The notes under the pieces: model-generated
Database searches by the model: none
The model's input: only the letters and a program-made list of their open reading frames with translations
Told to the model about the DNA's origin: nothing
NCBI RefSeq assembly: GCF_009914755.1
Contig: NC_060927.1
Origin: the human T2T-CHM13v2.0 reference genome, Homo sapiens
Direction: 5' to 3' (one strand)
Length of the DNA stretch: 64,000 nt
Program-made: the position numbers and the translations under genes
Shown: positions 49,368-64,000 of the stretch, one piece after another
Position numbering within the stretch: position 1 is the stretch's first letter
Layout: every line of letters begins with the position of its first letter

Positions 49368-49784
49368 GGTAGTAAACATGGGAAGAACAGTTGAGAGCCG
49401 AATGGTGGCTTAGACGAGGTGACAGCAGTAGAAATGGGAAAAAGCAGATAGATTCAGAATATATTTTGGAAGTAGAATCACTATGACTGGCTGATGAAGT
49501 AGATATAGGAGAAAGAGGTAAGTAAGGAATTTTAAAAAGACTGTTAGGATTTGACTTGACTACTATGGTGTGTTTACTGAGAAGAGAAGACCGGGGAAGA
49601 ACAGGTTGGGAGTGAAGAATGAGGAATTCTGTTTGAACATGTTCAGTGTGAGATGTCTATTAGATATCCCAGGGAGATGTCTACAGTAGAGCTTGGATTT
49701 CGGGGGAGGTTGGCATCTTGACCCTAGGTTTGAAGAGCAAACAGTTTAAGAAAAAAATAAAATATCTATCTTGAAATCAGACAT

Positions 49785-50183
<399 letters not shown>

Positions 50184-50731
50184 TCAACTCAATGTAGACA
50201 GTATTTCTCAGAGTAGCATTTTCAAAGTGTGCATCTGGGAATGTTCCAAACAATTTCCCAATGGATTCTAAAGTTAGACTTACTGGATTTAAATCCCAAC
50301 TCCATCACTTACTAACTTTGTGACTGTGGCAAATTACTAGATTCTCCATGTCTCAGTTTCCATGTGTATAGAATGGAGATAATAGTGGCTTCGCAGGGTA
50401 GATTTCATCAGAGGCCTCTTAACAGTCTTATGTGGAAATTACATGGAGGGAGATACAAGAGCAATGAAGGTTATGTTGTCTATGGGTCCCAAAGCTGACT
50501 TAGGCCGGAGCTGGATTGGCCCAGGAGGAGTTGGTTAAGGTGCTCAATTCGGCAATATAAGAAGAACTGAGCCCTTTCTATGGCCTCCTCCATTTTGAGA
50601 TGTACTATGAAGATAGTGAGGCCTGCTGCCAACTGAGGAGGATGTGGAACAATACCAGTCTTGGCCTTGGGCTATTAAGACTTGCCTTAAGAAAGAATGC
50701 ATGTTTGTTGTTCAGACAGATACCCATAATG

Positions 50732-50899
50732 CAGTGGTTCTCAAACTTAAGTGTGCATTAGAATCCCCTGGAGGGCTTGTTAAAGCTGAGATTGCTGGAC
50801 CCTACTCACAGAATTTTACATTGAGTAGGTGTTGGATGCAGCTGGAACAAATTTCCAGGTGATATTGATGCTCCAAGGACCACAATTTCAGAATCACTG
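50732..50899. mobile_element. MER5A hAT MITE
   Basis: cagtggttctcaaactt...gaatcactg; 8-bp TSD ccataatg/ccctaatg. Confidence 0.9.
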
Positions 50900-51502
50900 C
50901 CCTAATGCATCTTAGAGACCTAGGAAGTTGGTGTGACTGACCTCATAATCTGTACCTGTCACAGGCAGGAGTTATCCATATTGGCAACAATGTTAACAAT
51001 GAATACAAAATTCTCAAACTATGGGAAAATCCCACCTCTAAATATAAAGTCTCTCAGCTCGAGAGAGAAAATTCCTGGCTTCCAACATCAACTAGATCAG
51101 AAATACAGTTGATATAAAGTATATAAAAAAGGTAAGAAACTTCCCTAAAAAGCACCTTTCCCTGTGTTGTACACCATCTGAGGGCTTGGCTTCCCTAGCT
51201 GGGACCCCTGCATTCTACATAGGTTGCATTAACTATAGAAATTGGGACCAGACAGTAGCCTGACCAGAATTACAACCTCCATGCCTCATTTGAAATGGCA
51301 CTTCCTCATGGAGATTTGTGTGATCTACCTTAAGAATTTCATCTGGGGCTTTCAATCATACCTCAGGTGGTCAAATTTGGCCCAGAAGAAAGAAAAGCCT
51401 GGGAGTTTCTCATAGTCCTAGTCCCAAAAGACTGTTTCATTTCTACTTTACAGGCAACTAAGAATAAGATAGTTTTTTTCTTTAATTCATTCTTTTTCTC
51501 CC

Positions 51503-51873
51503 TGTGTTGGTCTGTATGGGCTTCTATTGACAAAAATACCATAGACTAGCTGGCATATGAATAGTACAAATTTATTCCTTACAGTTTTGGAGGCTGGAAA
51601 TCCCAGATCAGGGTGCTAACATGGTTGACTTCTGGTGAGGTCACTCTAGGCTGTAGACTGCTGACTTCTCATTGTATCCTCACATGGGAAAGAGCAGAGA
51701 GTAGCATGCTCTCTCATGGCCCTTATAAGGGCACTAATCCCATTCATGAGTGCTCTTACATCATGAGCTCATGTAATCTTTACTTCCCAAAGGCCTCACC
51801 TCCTAATACTGTCACACTGGGGAGTAAGGTTTCAAGATATAAATTTGGGGAGGGGAACACTTAGTCCATAATA
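51503..51873 (-). mobile_element. MaLR solo LTR (MLT1/MST type)
   Basis: aaaataccatagactagctggc...tttattccttacagttttggaggctggaaatcccagatcagggtgc...ttcccaaaggcctcacctcctaatactgtcacactgggg. Confidence 0.82.
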
Positions 51874-54800
51874 CTATCCTCCTATTTCCTGAAGGAAAGT
51901 TACTGTGCAGGTTTGTTCCATTTGGATCCTCTGGTCCTTAATCTTCCTATCAGAGCCTGTATTATATACTTTGGAGGCTTTCTTGATGTCTAATTGGCAG
52001 CTAAATCTCCTCTCTCATGCTGTCACAATCTCCTTGACTTTTTTTCTCCTCTCAAACATCCCTATTGCTGTTTTCCCTTTGCTTTCTGGAATTAATGGGT
52101 GGATTAGCAGTCAGGTCAAGCTAAATTATGCTGCAATAACAAGTGACCCTGATATTTTAGTGGTTTAAAACAAAAGTGTTTTTATTTACATTAATTCCTC
52201 ATTATGTAAATAGCAGGTCATCTTCAATTTCATTCCATTCTACTTATTTTTTCCCTGTCATCCAAGCCATTAATAGTTTCTTTGGAATCCACAAATGATC
52301 TGAAGCCATCTTTAGTTGAAAAATCGAGAAAGGGAAGAAAGAGGTTAAACAGGGAGAAAAAAAAATGCTCCTCTCTTTTTAAGAAGCTTAAATTAATGGA
52401 CTTCCTTATGTATCCACAAAACTATGCTTCAGAGGAAAAGTTCATCTGTCCTGCTCAGCATAGGCTAATGACATTACCATTTGTTGGTGGTCATTTTAGT
52501 CATTGATCCTGTTTGCTATGATTGTGTATAGATCTTGGGGTACTTTATGAACACTCTTAACTCCATTGTGTCCAGAAAGTACAAAGGCTTAAGGATGTTT
52601 GAAGAGTTATGAAGACTGTTTGAAGAGGATGCATATGCCTATGATGGAAACAAAAGTGGAGAGAATAAACATTTTAAGTGAAGAGAAAATGATGACAGTT
52701 GCATGTGTGTAAGGGATGAATTATTTCACAGAAGAAACAGTTTTGAAGGACAAAGAGAATCAGGAAGCAATTGAAGAGCCAGGCTTTTGCAATCAGGAGT
52801 AATCAGCAAGAGATGAGGCAAAGTGATTAGCAAAATGGAAAGCCTGGCACTAGGAGTTAGACAATCAGAATCAACACAGATGTCCTTTAGCCCATGTTAA
52901 TTCGAAAGGCCAAGTGTTTGTTTGAGAACTTAAAGGCTAAATATGTTTGTGGTAGACCAAGGGCAGGCCTGCCTGCAAAATTAGTGGAAAACTACACCCT
53001 GCTGCCCAGGTGTAGATAAGGAGAGATTGCACCAGGCTAGGCACAGCAAGCATTTTCAAGATCTGGAATCTGAACATTAGCCTGAATGAAACAGCTTGCT
53101 GGGTAACCTTTTTGCCTCATATGGTAGCATAAGTTGTTTCTGGTTGCTAATGTGGCTGGAGGTATGAAAGATAGTAAGCCCACACTTCTGGGCTCCCCTG
53201 ACCTCCAAGACATCTCATTCTCTCCAGTTGCCAAGACCATCAAATTTATGATGTCTCTGGAAAACAAAGGAGGCAATGGACAGCTGCATCTGCCTTACCT
53301 CATGTCTATCCTTTGTACTGCTTACATGCAGCCTTGGAAGTAAATAAAATAAAGCATCTCTGAACTGAACTCAAAATGTCATTCTTGCCCATTCTCTCAC
53401 CTAGACCAGACTCTAGTCTGACTGTATAAGGTGAAAGTGCTGCCAGGGAAGCTCTTGCTAAAAGCCATGTGTGGTCCATTAGTTCAAGATCTAGCCCCAT
53501 CTAAATTGTCAAATATGTGGTAAGTGTGGATATTATATCTGCTGAGGTCAAGGGATTACTACCTCAATAGATTTTCAATTCTCTATTTTGGTAGGAAAAC
53601 AATGCCCAATAGAGAGAGAGAGTGTGTGTGAGTGTGTGTGTGTGTGTGTGTATTGTGTATAATCAGTAGAAAGAAAACAACTAATCTGACTTAAAAGGTT
53701 TAAGAACCATCTAATTCCTAATAGGTGGAAATCTGTTCATTTATTATAAGCTTAAACTTCTCTTAGTCACATTAGACAGTAACAATGTGTCCCAAATCCC
53801 ACCTGCTTGGCTTCTTTTTCCCCTCTAAATGTCTCTCCCTAGGCACCTTTACAAACCTCCAGGGCTCCTTACAACACAGTGTGAACTGACCCACCTTATG
53901 CAATATTAGTAAATTATAGTCCAAACTGGAAACTTATGAATATGAAAGGGAGCGCTATTAGTAATCAGGCCACACACATAATGGGGACTGTCCTGGGAAA
54001 ACTGGGATTATATTTGCCCTTATAGATATGATAATCCAAATGTTTGACTGTCCAAGGCTCCTTCCAATAAGACCCTGTTCAGTCAACAGCCCCTGTTAGA
54101 GAGGCAGCTCTAGGCTCATGGTGACCCTGAGCCACCACACTGGACTTTAGTTGAGGTGGTAATAACCAAAGTTGGTAATAAGCCTGGGCTAGTGACTTTG
54201 GGAGACCCTGAGGAGGCTGGGCTTGACATGACGAGCCTGGTCAAGCAGATTCTCTCTTTGATGAATAAAAAATACTAACTAAAAGCCGTCGGGGGGCCAG
54301 TGATTCTATTTTTTCTGCCTCCACACGATTCACATGTGGAACATACTCTCCCATTGTCAGTAATATCTGTCATTATACTGCAACAATTCTCAACTGCTAG
54401 GGAGTGGGGAGGGAAAATGGCAATACATGAATCTCCAGCTATTCTACCAAAACTACGAATGTACACACCCTTGACCAGGTAATTCCAACTCTAGAAATTT
54501 ATCCTTCAGATATAATTGCACACTCGTAAAATGATGTATGTCAAAATTATTCATTGCAGTAATGTTTTACTAACAAAATGTTGGCCAAAAAAATCCCTAA
54601 ATTTTGATCAACAGGGAACTGATTAAATTATGGTACATCTATAAAAATGTAAACAATAATTGTACTAAATGGAATGACCTTCAAGATATATTAAGTGAAA
54701 AAAGGTATTAAGAATGAAACATTTGGAGAGGAGATCCACTGATTCAGTATTATCATGGAAATCTGTTAGAACCAAAGGCATACCCATGTCTTTTGCATGC

Positions 54801-55350
54801 TCTCATAAGCTTTCTAGTAGCTTTGGTGTTTATTAAAAAAAATTCCACTCCAAGAACTCCAAAATATGTGGTTGACCTCTTTCTGTTATTTCTGTTGTTT
54901 GAACCTACTTATGCAGTGAACAGAATTACCGCCATGCACAACAGAGAATCAGTCCTCCACACTAAGGAGAAAAATGTATTGATTTGAGGATTAAAATATG
55001 TGCAACAGCACATATTTTATTCATTTATTTCCTTATGATTTAAAGCAATTGTCAAGAAGCCTATATGCTTTTAGAGTGGTGGCCTGCTTTAAATGCTGGT
55101 ATGTATTCTATCATAATTCAAGTATGATTTGGAGGTTTCAACAGTATTTTAACTGAACTGAGAACATGTCAAAATACAACTATAATTGGGAAAACTTTTG
55201 GGGAGAGTTTTTTACTTCTAAGCAGAAATGGTTCAAATATGATAGTGTACAATTGCTTGTTTACTTTTATGAAATGCTTCTCTCTGGCCTATGATGTTCT
55301 GTTACAACTTTGTTATAACCATTGTTGTCTACACACACACGTGCACACTA

Positions 55351-55407
55351 CTCCTCCTCCTCCTCCTCTCCCACTTCCTCCTCCTCCTCCTCCTACTACT
55401 ACTTCTT
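55351..55407. repeat. (CCT)n/(ACT)n microsatellite
   Basis: ctcctcctcctcctcctctcccacttcctcctcctcctcctcctactactacttcttc. Confidence 0.9.
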
Positions 55408-57980
55408 CAGACATTTCTAAGATAATTTTTCTCCCCTAGGGGAAGATAAGACTTAAATGTTAAAAGGGGAATGAAAGATCATGGGATCTTTGCTAGAATT
55501 ATAGAATATTTGTGGCTGAAATGGCTTTAGAAAACATTTGTCCAAAGATTTCATTTTATAGATAAGGAAACTGAGACTCAGAGAGGCCAAGTTACATATC
55601 CAAGGTCACACAGCTGGATGGTCAAAGGCAGGACTGGAATCCATTTCTCCTGACTCTCAGGTTGAAATATTGCAGATTCATCAGAGGGGAGCAAGACTTA
55701 AAACAATTTATGAAAAAGGTGCCACTTTGAAAAGATGTTCCCTTGCTCCTGGATACCTTCTAATCCTTCCTCCATTTCCTTATCAGTACTTTTGGTTGAG
55801 ACCCATAGCCCAGACTTTTCTGTGCCCTTTACCTGCTGCCAACTTCTCTTTTTATCTTCCCCCAACTCTACTCCAATTCTTAAGTGTACTGCTGCTTCTT
55901 CCTAGTAGGAAAATATTTTACAAACCTGCTCAGAACTCAAAGGAGGTCACTGGGAAATGGACTGCTTAATGCAAAAGACTAATGGTAGAAATGTAGACAG
56001 CAATGGAAGAGGAGCTTTTATGTTTTAAATTAAGTAACACAGGTTGGAAGGCGGGAGAGCTCAGTTGGTAAAGTGATTCTCAGCCTTTAAATAATGGTTT
56101 AAATGATGGTTTAAATAAACCATCAAGGCAGCAATCAACTGCCTAACTCTTCAACCATCTGTGTATAAAGTGAAGCTTAAAATCTATAGTAAATATGAGA
56201 ACTATTATTACAGGATTGCCCTTTAAACCTGTAAAACAGCTAACATTTTCAAAGTCCTTTATAGTTTATAAGGCACTCACGCATCTATTATCTTCTTTGG
56301 GCCTTAACCATGATAGCTCAGTGAGGCAATCCATGTTGTTATTTAGAGGTAAAAACAGAGGTTCAGAATTATAGAGATGTATTCAGAGTAGAGTCAAATC
56401 TAGGTTTGATTCTATAAATCTCATGTTCTTTTCACTTCACTACTTTATCCCCCAGGAAGCCTGACAGCTGACCTTCACAGTTTTAGAAATTATGGAAATT
56501 GCACCAAAGCAGTTTAGAAGGTTATATTAATATCATTTTAAGACATCATTTCTTGGGTGCTGTGACAGATGAGGTCAGAATGTGAGGCACACACATACAT
56601 ACTGGATAGAACATGGCTGGTTTTAGGTGGTTCAAATATGATAGTACCAGTTGCTTAGTTTTATTTTTATGAAATGCTTCTCTCTTGCACAAACACACAT
56701 TGAGATTTTATTGATGAGAGAACTGATACCTGTGGGAAAGTGGGCTTCCTAATTTTAAACCCCAGTAGGAGACTTGCCTACCCAATCACAAGATCTGAAG
56801 AGGACTCCTTCTGCTCCTGTTCTCCTTAGGGCCTGGAAGAGCAAACCCGAACAAACATTCCCTTCAGACAGCTCAGTCCCCCAACACCCAAAAAAAAGAG
56901 AAGGGAAGGGGCTGGATTACTCATGCTGTTACTCTTTCCTAACTCAGATAAGTCACTCTCCCCTTGGGTAAAGTAAATGAGGCAACAAAGAGGAGCCAAG
57001 ATTATTATGGTAAAAGAGCTCCCTACACACAGGAGAGACATCGGGAGTGGGAAGGCATGTTCCACCTTATTCTAAATTAGTGAAGGTTATAAGACTTAAT
57101 GTTAGGTGAAACACTTAGGGTCTGGTATAGAGTCAGTAGTTGATTAATGGAAGTCTTTTAGTTTGAAATCTAGAGGCTCATTTCCGGTTCCAGCTCCTCC
57201 ATTAACTTTGTGGTGATTCAGGGCAAGAGACCACATCTGTCCTGTTCACTGCTGAATCCTCAGACTAATACTAGTGCCTTGCATAGTACTGGCAATAATA
57301 ATAATAGTATTTTAAAAATAAATTAATTATCCTGTCTGAATTTGTTTCTTCATCTATAAAATGAGGAATTTGATCTTCATGACATCTAAATTTCTTCATG
57401 GCTGTAATGATATGATTTTATAATAGTTAGAGAAACTCAGAGAGTCTGATACACCTCTGCGATTTTTCTAGTTTTTTAAAAAAGACAAAAGGATTTACTG
57501 CCAACATTGACATTTAACTTTTGTATATTGAATTCCAATATTCAGAAAGGGCAATTCAAGTAGAAAAGCAACATATGTATACTTCTCCAATAATGTTAGA
57601 GTTAACTATTTTTTTTGCTATCCCCCGAATATGCTGGTCAATTTTAGTGATAGTGTTAGCATTTTCTTTCATTTCTTAAAACTTAAAAAAAAACCTTTCA
57701 TTTTGGGGAGATAAAAAGCTAGTCTCTATGAGTAACGTGTCCATAGGTATGCTGCTCTATGGTCTTTTCACTTCAAAAGTTTAGGGTTTTTAGGGAAAAT
57801 TTATATTCAATGTTGCCAAACATTCAGGTAATTACTTTAGAAAATAATCCTTTTCTTGCCCATTGATCCAAAAAGCAAATCCATTTTCCAATTGTTACCA
57901 TATCAGAGATTAGAAAAGGGATTCAAATGGTAATGTATCAGAGCACAAAGCTAGTAATTTGCCTAGTCTAGTCCAGATCA

Positions 57981-59609
<1,629 letters not shown>

Positions 59610-62600
59610 CAGATCACTTTTTAAGATGCCTTTGTGTCTTATTATCTTTACAGTTGGGATCTATAAACATGGGCCCTATTATCCACCATGCAGCTAGAAA
59701 GTTAACATGCTTCAGAACAGGGCATGCACAAAAGAGTAGAAGTTAGAATTTTTTCATTAGGAAATATAAAATTTTTATTTATATTTGAACATATTTACCA
59801 ACAAAGGCAAATATCATAAATCTAAAATGAACAGCCTCAAAAGGCACAATGAAAAATACTGCATTAGCAATACTGAACTCAGCAACTCTGAAAGCAAAGG
59901 TTCTTCAAGACTCAGATCTCCTTTATGCCCTGCTGTTTCAGTTTGAAGTCTAAAAGACTATCTACTTTGTGTCTGACTTACTTTCCTGTCAGACAGGAAC
60001 TGGAATTTGAACTTTGCTCTCTAAAAGCCAAAGGCCAACTAATTTAGAAGGAGACTCTCACAATCAATGATGGTTTATTCTAGTTTCATTAGTTCTGTCT
60101 AAAGTGATTAAAGGATTTGATTCCCAGATAAACATGATCCTTATTGCTATTTTTACAAACCACATTAATTTCTATACTTAGTTCTGATCACTTGTGGCAT
60201 TCCTGAGACAAGTCTGGATTCATGTAGCATTCCAACCCTGAGTGCCTTTTCAAGTTTCCAACAGAATCCTGTGCTGGTAAGTGATGATACCTTTATTGTA
60301 GTAGCCCCAAGGTGTGGAAGTTGTTTCCTGTGACCTAGACTCAGCCCAACCCCTCCACTTGTTGAAACATCTGCAAATACTTTGTTCATTTCAGAGACAT
60401 CTGACCACAGCTACGCTCCCATCTGGATTGCTTCCTTTTTCCTTATTGCTCATGCAAAGCATCAATAATCTGGAAAGGCATTCAGTAAGAGAAACAGGGA
60501 GGGCCTAGGGATTAGAATGGGAGGTTAGTTCTTATGGCTTTTCTCTCATGCTCATTCATTAATTGATTCATTCAACCATCATCACTTATTGGGTAGTATG
60601 AGCAATGCAAATATCAATAAGCAGCAGTATCTGTCCTCAAACAGGGAACAATATATTGCATGCTACATTTATTGTTTCAGGTGGGGAATTATATTAATTT
60701 AGAGTAATAAACTATATTTACCAAGTATCTTCTATGAGTAAAGTTCCACAAATGCTTTAATTCTCTTATTTTTGGTAGATACAGTATTTATGGAATATTT
60801 TACTTAACATCTTTAATCTGTCTCCCCACCTTGAAACCACATAAAAGTAAAAGCAACACTCTCAAAAGCCTTTTGTAAATAATCATTAATTTAAAAATCT
60901 CATAGGAATCTTTACTTAAGTGAAATGACAAACTGCATAGTGCAGAGTAATAAGATTCCTTCATATGTTTCATTTTCTTTAGGCCTTTATGTTAAGCTAC
61001 AAAATGAACTGTTTAACTATTGCTAGGAATAAACTATATTTTAAAAGGTGTTAATCCAGTTGGATCATTTTTATGCCCTTATAAGACATTAACTGCAAGT
61101 TTGTTTTATCATTTATATTATGCACACATTTGTACATTTTTAAAAGTTACATTTAAAAGGTTACATTTATGATAATCACATCATACAAAGATCTAATTAA
61201 CCTGGAGTTGTTGAGCAATAATTGTACCTTCAAAGTGCCAGGAGATTTAAGGTGTATGCAGGGTGTGGCCCATCCACCCAGAATTTCAAAACCACATGGT
61301 TCTTCAGGTCCTGTTGGGGCTCATCTATTTGCACGTCTCCCCTGCAGGAGTTTGGACTAATCAGGTCACTACACCCTGACACAGCAGTCTCCAGTCTCTA
61401 CCACTCATTGTTTGCAACATGACGTAATGTCAACAGACCACAGAGAAGTTAGCAACAGGGAAGGGAAAACACTTTAATCTCAAGGTCATCCCCAGGGTTC
61501 AGCAGGACATATATCCTATATCGAATCATCTGATATCAAATCCTACAAATGAGCTCGGCCAAAAGGTTGAGCCACGCTGTCTGACTGTATCATGTTCTCC
61601 AGTTGCAATGCAAGACTGAGGCAATCAGTTGTGAGCTGACAATTCTTCCTGTTTGCTAAAATTGAAAAGACAGGTTGTTGTCTATCATTGCTTTGCTTTC
61701 TTTTTGCTGCAAAACATTTCACACAGTATCATTATGCCTTAGCTAGTCTTCATTTATCTAGATATTAGACATCTTGGAAGCTGATAGGGCTTGGTTCACT
61801 TCTTCAGCCTTGGCTTCTCCTCATCCCCCAATGTTCCCTGTCTTGCAACTCATAGCAGAGCAATGCTATTAAATACAACAAGAAAATACATGCCAAAGGG
61901 CAGGTAGGGGTTAGATGCCTGAGAACTCTGAAGAAAAAGAGAGCTACTGTGGCCCCATGGTGCTTTTATTCAAGATGCCCCTATCTCGGGAGGATGCAAA
62001 ACACCTGTGTTGGCAGATGAAGCTAGGTCTGGAGTTTTATGCCTACCTACCTCCTCCACCAGGCACCACCATGCAGTCAGCAAACTGCACGAGTGCCTAT
62101 GACTCTGGTAAAACTTATACACATAGACTTAATATGATGGCAGAGAGAATTAAGAAACATGAGGCCAACTTTAGTGGGGAGAATGATGGAAAGCAAAGTA
62201 TTGTATGCTTTTGTCTTATGATTTTCTTAACAGGAGACCTTGATGAAGGACTGGTATCTGCCTTCTGATTCCAGTTAAAACTGCCTACCACTGTTCTGCC
62301 TTCAACTCCCTTTCCAGAAAGCCCCTCTGTCATTACTTTTCCAAACCCTCTTAAGGACCCTCTACCAAGAGCTTAGAACAGGAAAGGGTTTACGCAAAGA
62401 TGTGCACAGTGCATTACTATTCCTAAAGTAATGTGCATTAAATAGAGACCAAAAACATTTAAACATTAAGTAATCAGTTTTGTCTGTTATCTGTTCTATC
62501 TCCAATGCCTAGACCAATGTCCGATACACAGTGGAGCTCTTAATATATTGATTATATCGCTAGACTTTCATTCACTCGGGAATAGACAATTATACCAAGA

Positions 62601-63418
62601 AGGTCCCTTATCTTCAAGATTCCACGCATCAAGTTTAGAAAAGTCACCAAAAGTTTGTTTTCTCCTACGCACTTCATACACCAGAGGTCTCCGCACTCAG
62701 AAAATACCATCACCACAAATACTACTGTAATAGTATTTAAGTATATAATAGTATATTAATACTATTATTATAGTATTATACATATTACTAAACACTATTA
62801 TATCATTATTAATTAAATATGCATATTATTAGTTAAGTATAGTAGTACTGATTAAACTTCCATTGCACATCATGAAATATTGGTCCAATGACAAATATTC
62901 TATAAGCCAAATATTTTATATAAAGGTGTGCAGCCTCCTACACTGTATTTCAGTACTTGATGGACTACATACAAATGAAAAAAATTGGTGGCACTACTGT
63001 ATTTAAAATCTATACTTTTGTAATTTTACATGTGGGTTGTCCTAACAGTGGTGTATTATTTAATAATAGTTGAACATATCATCCTCCTCCAAGGATCTCG
63101 AAGCACCTGCAGTAAGTAAGGAATAGCTCCCTTCATACCTCTGCCAAGGTAGGTATGTTGTAAGCATTATTTCTACCATACCAAGATCACACATGAGTCA
63201 GTGGCAGGGCTGGCACTACTCCCTCATGACACTTCAGTTCACAGGTCTAACCATTAGAGTACTGCCTATACATTAATTCATTCCTTTCTTCATTCATAAT
63301 ATTAATTTGATGCAGTTTGCTAGGCACTAAGGATCAACTCCTTATTTCCTACTGAACTCACATTATATGAACATTACGATTTGTAAAATAAATAAATAAA
63401 GTAAAATAAAATAATTCT

Positions 63419-63712
63419 GGTCTGGGCATGGTGGCTCATGCCTGTAATCCCAGCACTTTGGGAGTCTCAGGTGGGAGGATCGCTTGAGCCCAGGAGTTTG
63501 AGACCAGCCCAGGCAACATAGGGAGCCCTTATCTCTACAAAAAATAAAAAATTAGCGCGGCGTGGTGGCGCACCTCTGGTCCTACCTACTGGAAAGGCTG
63601 AGGTGGGAGGATCGCCTGAGCCTGGGAGATAGAGGCCGCCATGAGCCCTGACCACCCCACAGCACTCCAGCCTGATCAACCAAACAGACTTGTCTCAAGA
63701 GAAAAAAAAAAA
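63419..63712 (+). mobile_element. AluJ-like element
   Basis: ggtctgggcatggtggctcatgcc...ggatcgcttgagcccaggagtttgag...gtctcaagagaaaaaaaa. Confidence 0.93.
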
Positions 63713-63863
63713 TCTGATAAAAATTTTAAATTCACAACAGAGATTTTTCTGTACCTGGTGATTAATCCTAATTGTTTTATAGTAACTAACATACCTATCA
63801 GTGAGCCAAATGTATACTAAGGAAATGACTGAAATACAGAATTTTAAAGATATATGCTCTTAC

Positions 63864-64000
63864 GGCCAGGTGCAGTGGCTCACGCCTGTAATCCCAGCAC
63901 TTTGGGAGGCGGAGGCGGGCGGATCACGAGGTCAGGAGATCGAGACCATCCTGGCCATCGAGAAACCCCGTCTCTAGTAAAAATACAAAAAAAAAAAAAA
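63864..64000 (+). mobile_element. AluY/Sc-like left arm, cut by the window end
   Basis: ggccaggtgcagtggctcacgcc...ggatcacgaggtcaggagatcgagaccatcctgg. Confidence 0.93.

Larger units (their letters stand above)
47843..49730 (-). mobile_element. L2 fragmented by two LTRs
   Basis: catttaacaactatttattgaatacttactatatgcc at the left end; gaggaattctgtttgaacatgttcagtgtgagatgtctattagatatcc at the right end. Confidence 0.8.

Noticed and set aside
50401-50700. Possible second retrocopy fragment (mRNA-like composition)
   Set aside because: The plus-strand frame I translated matched no protein I recognise, and there is no poly(A) or TSD.
56052-56075. tRNA-like A-box gagctcagttggta
   Set aside because: No B-box, anticodon arm or acceptor stem follows.

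Overview
Primate (human-like) AT-rich non-coding genomic DNA with no intact protein-coding gene recognisable from sequence. The main gene-derived feature is a full-length processed pseudogene of PA2G4/EBP1 on the minus strand (57982-59609). It has a 5'UTR, an intronless CDS, AATAAA, a poly(A) tail and a 13-bp target-site duplication (TSD). It carries two mutually compensating frameshifts and has lost its stop codon, so a 302-codon ATG-initiated ORF runs through the 3'UTR and poly(A) tail and stops inside the TSD. The rest is mostly interspersed repeats: about 20 Alus, L1, L2, MIR, MaLR/ERV solo LTRs and hAT/Tigger MITEs, often nested. Structures the repeats do not explain are a near-perfect 62-bp inverted repeat (35868-36098), three non-tandem local duplications spaced 1.4-2.3 kb apart (one splits an L2 3' end), and several fold-back hairpins. 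I found no convincing novel multi-gene system. Repeat subfamily names come from recalled consensus sequences, and boundaries of the older repeats are approximate.
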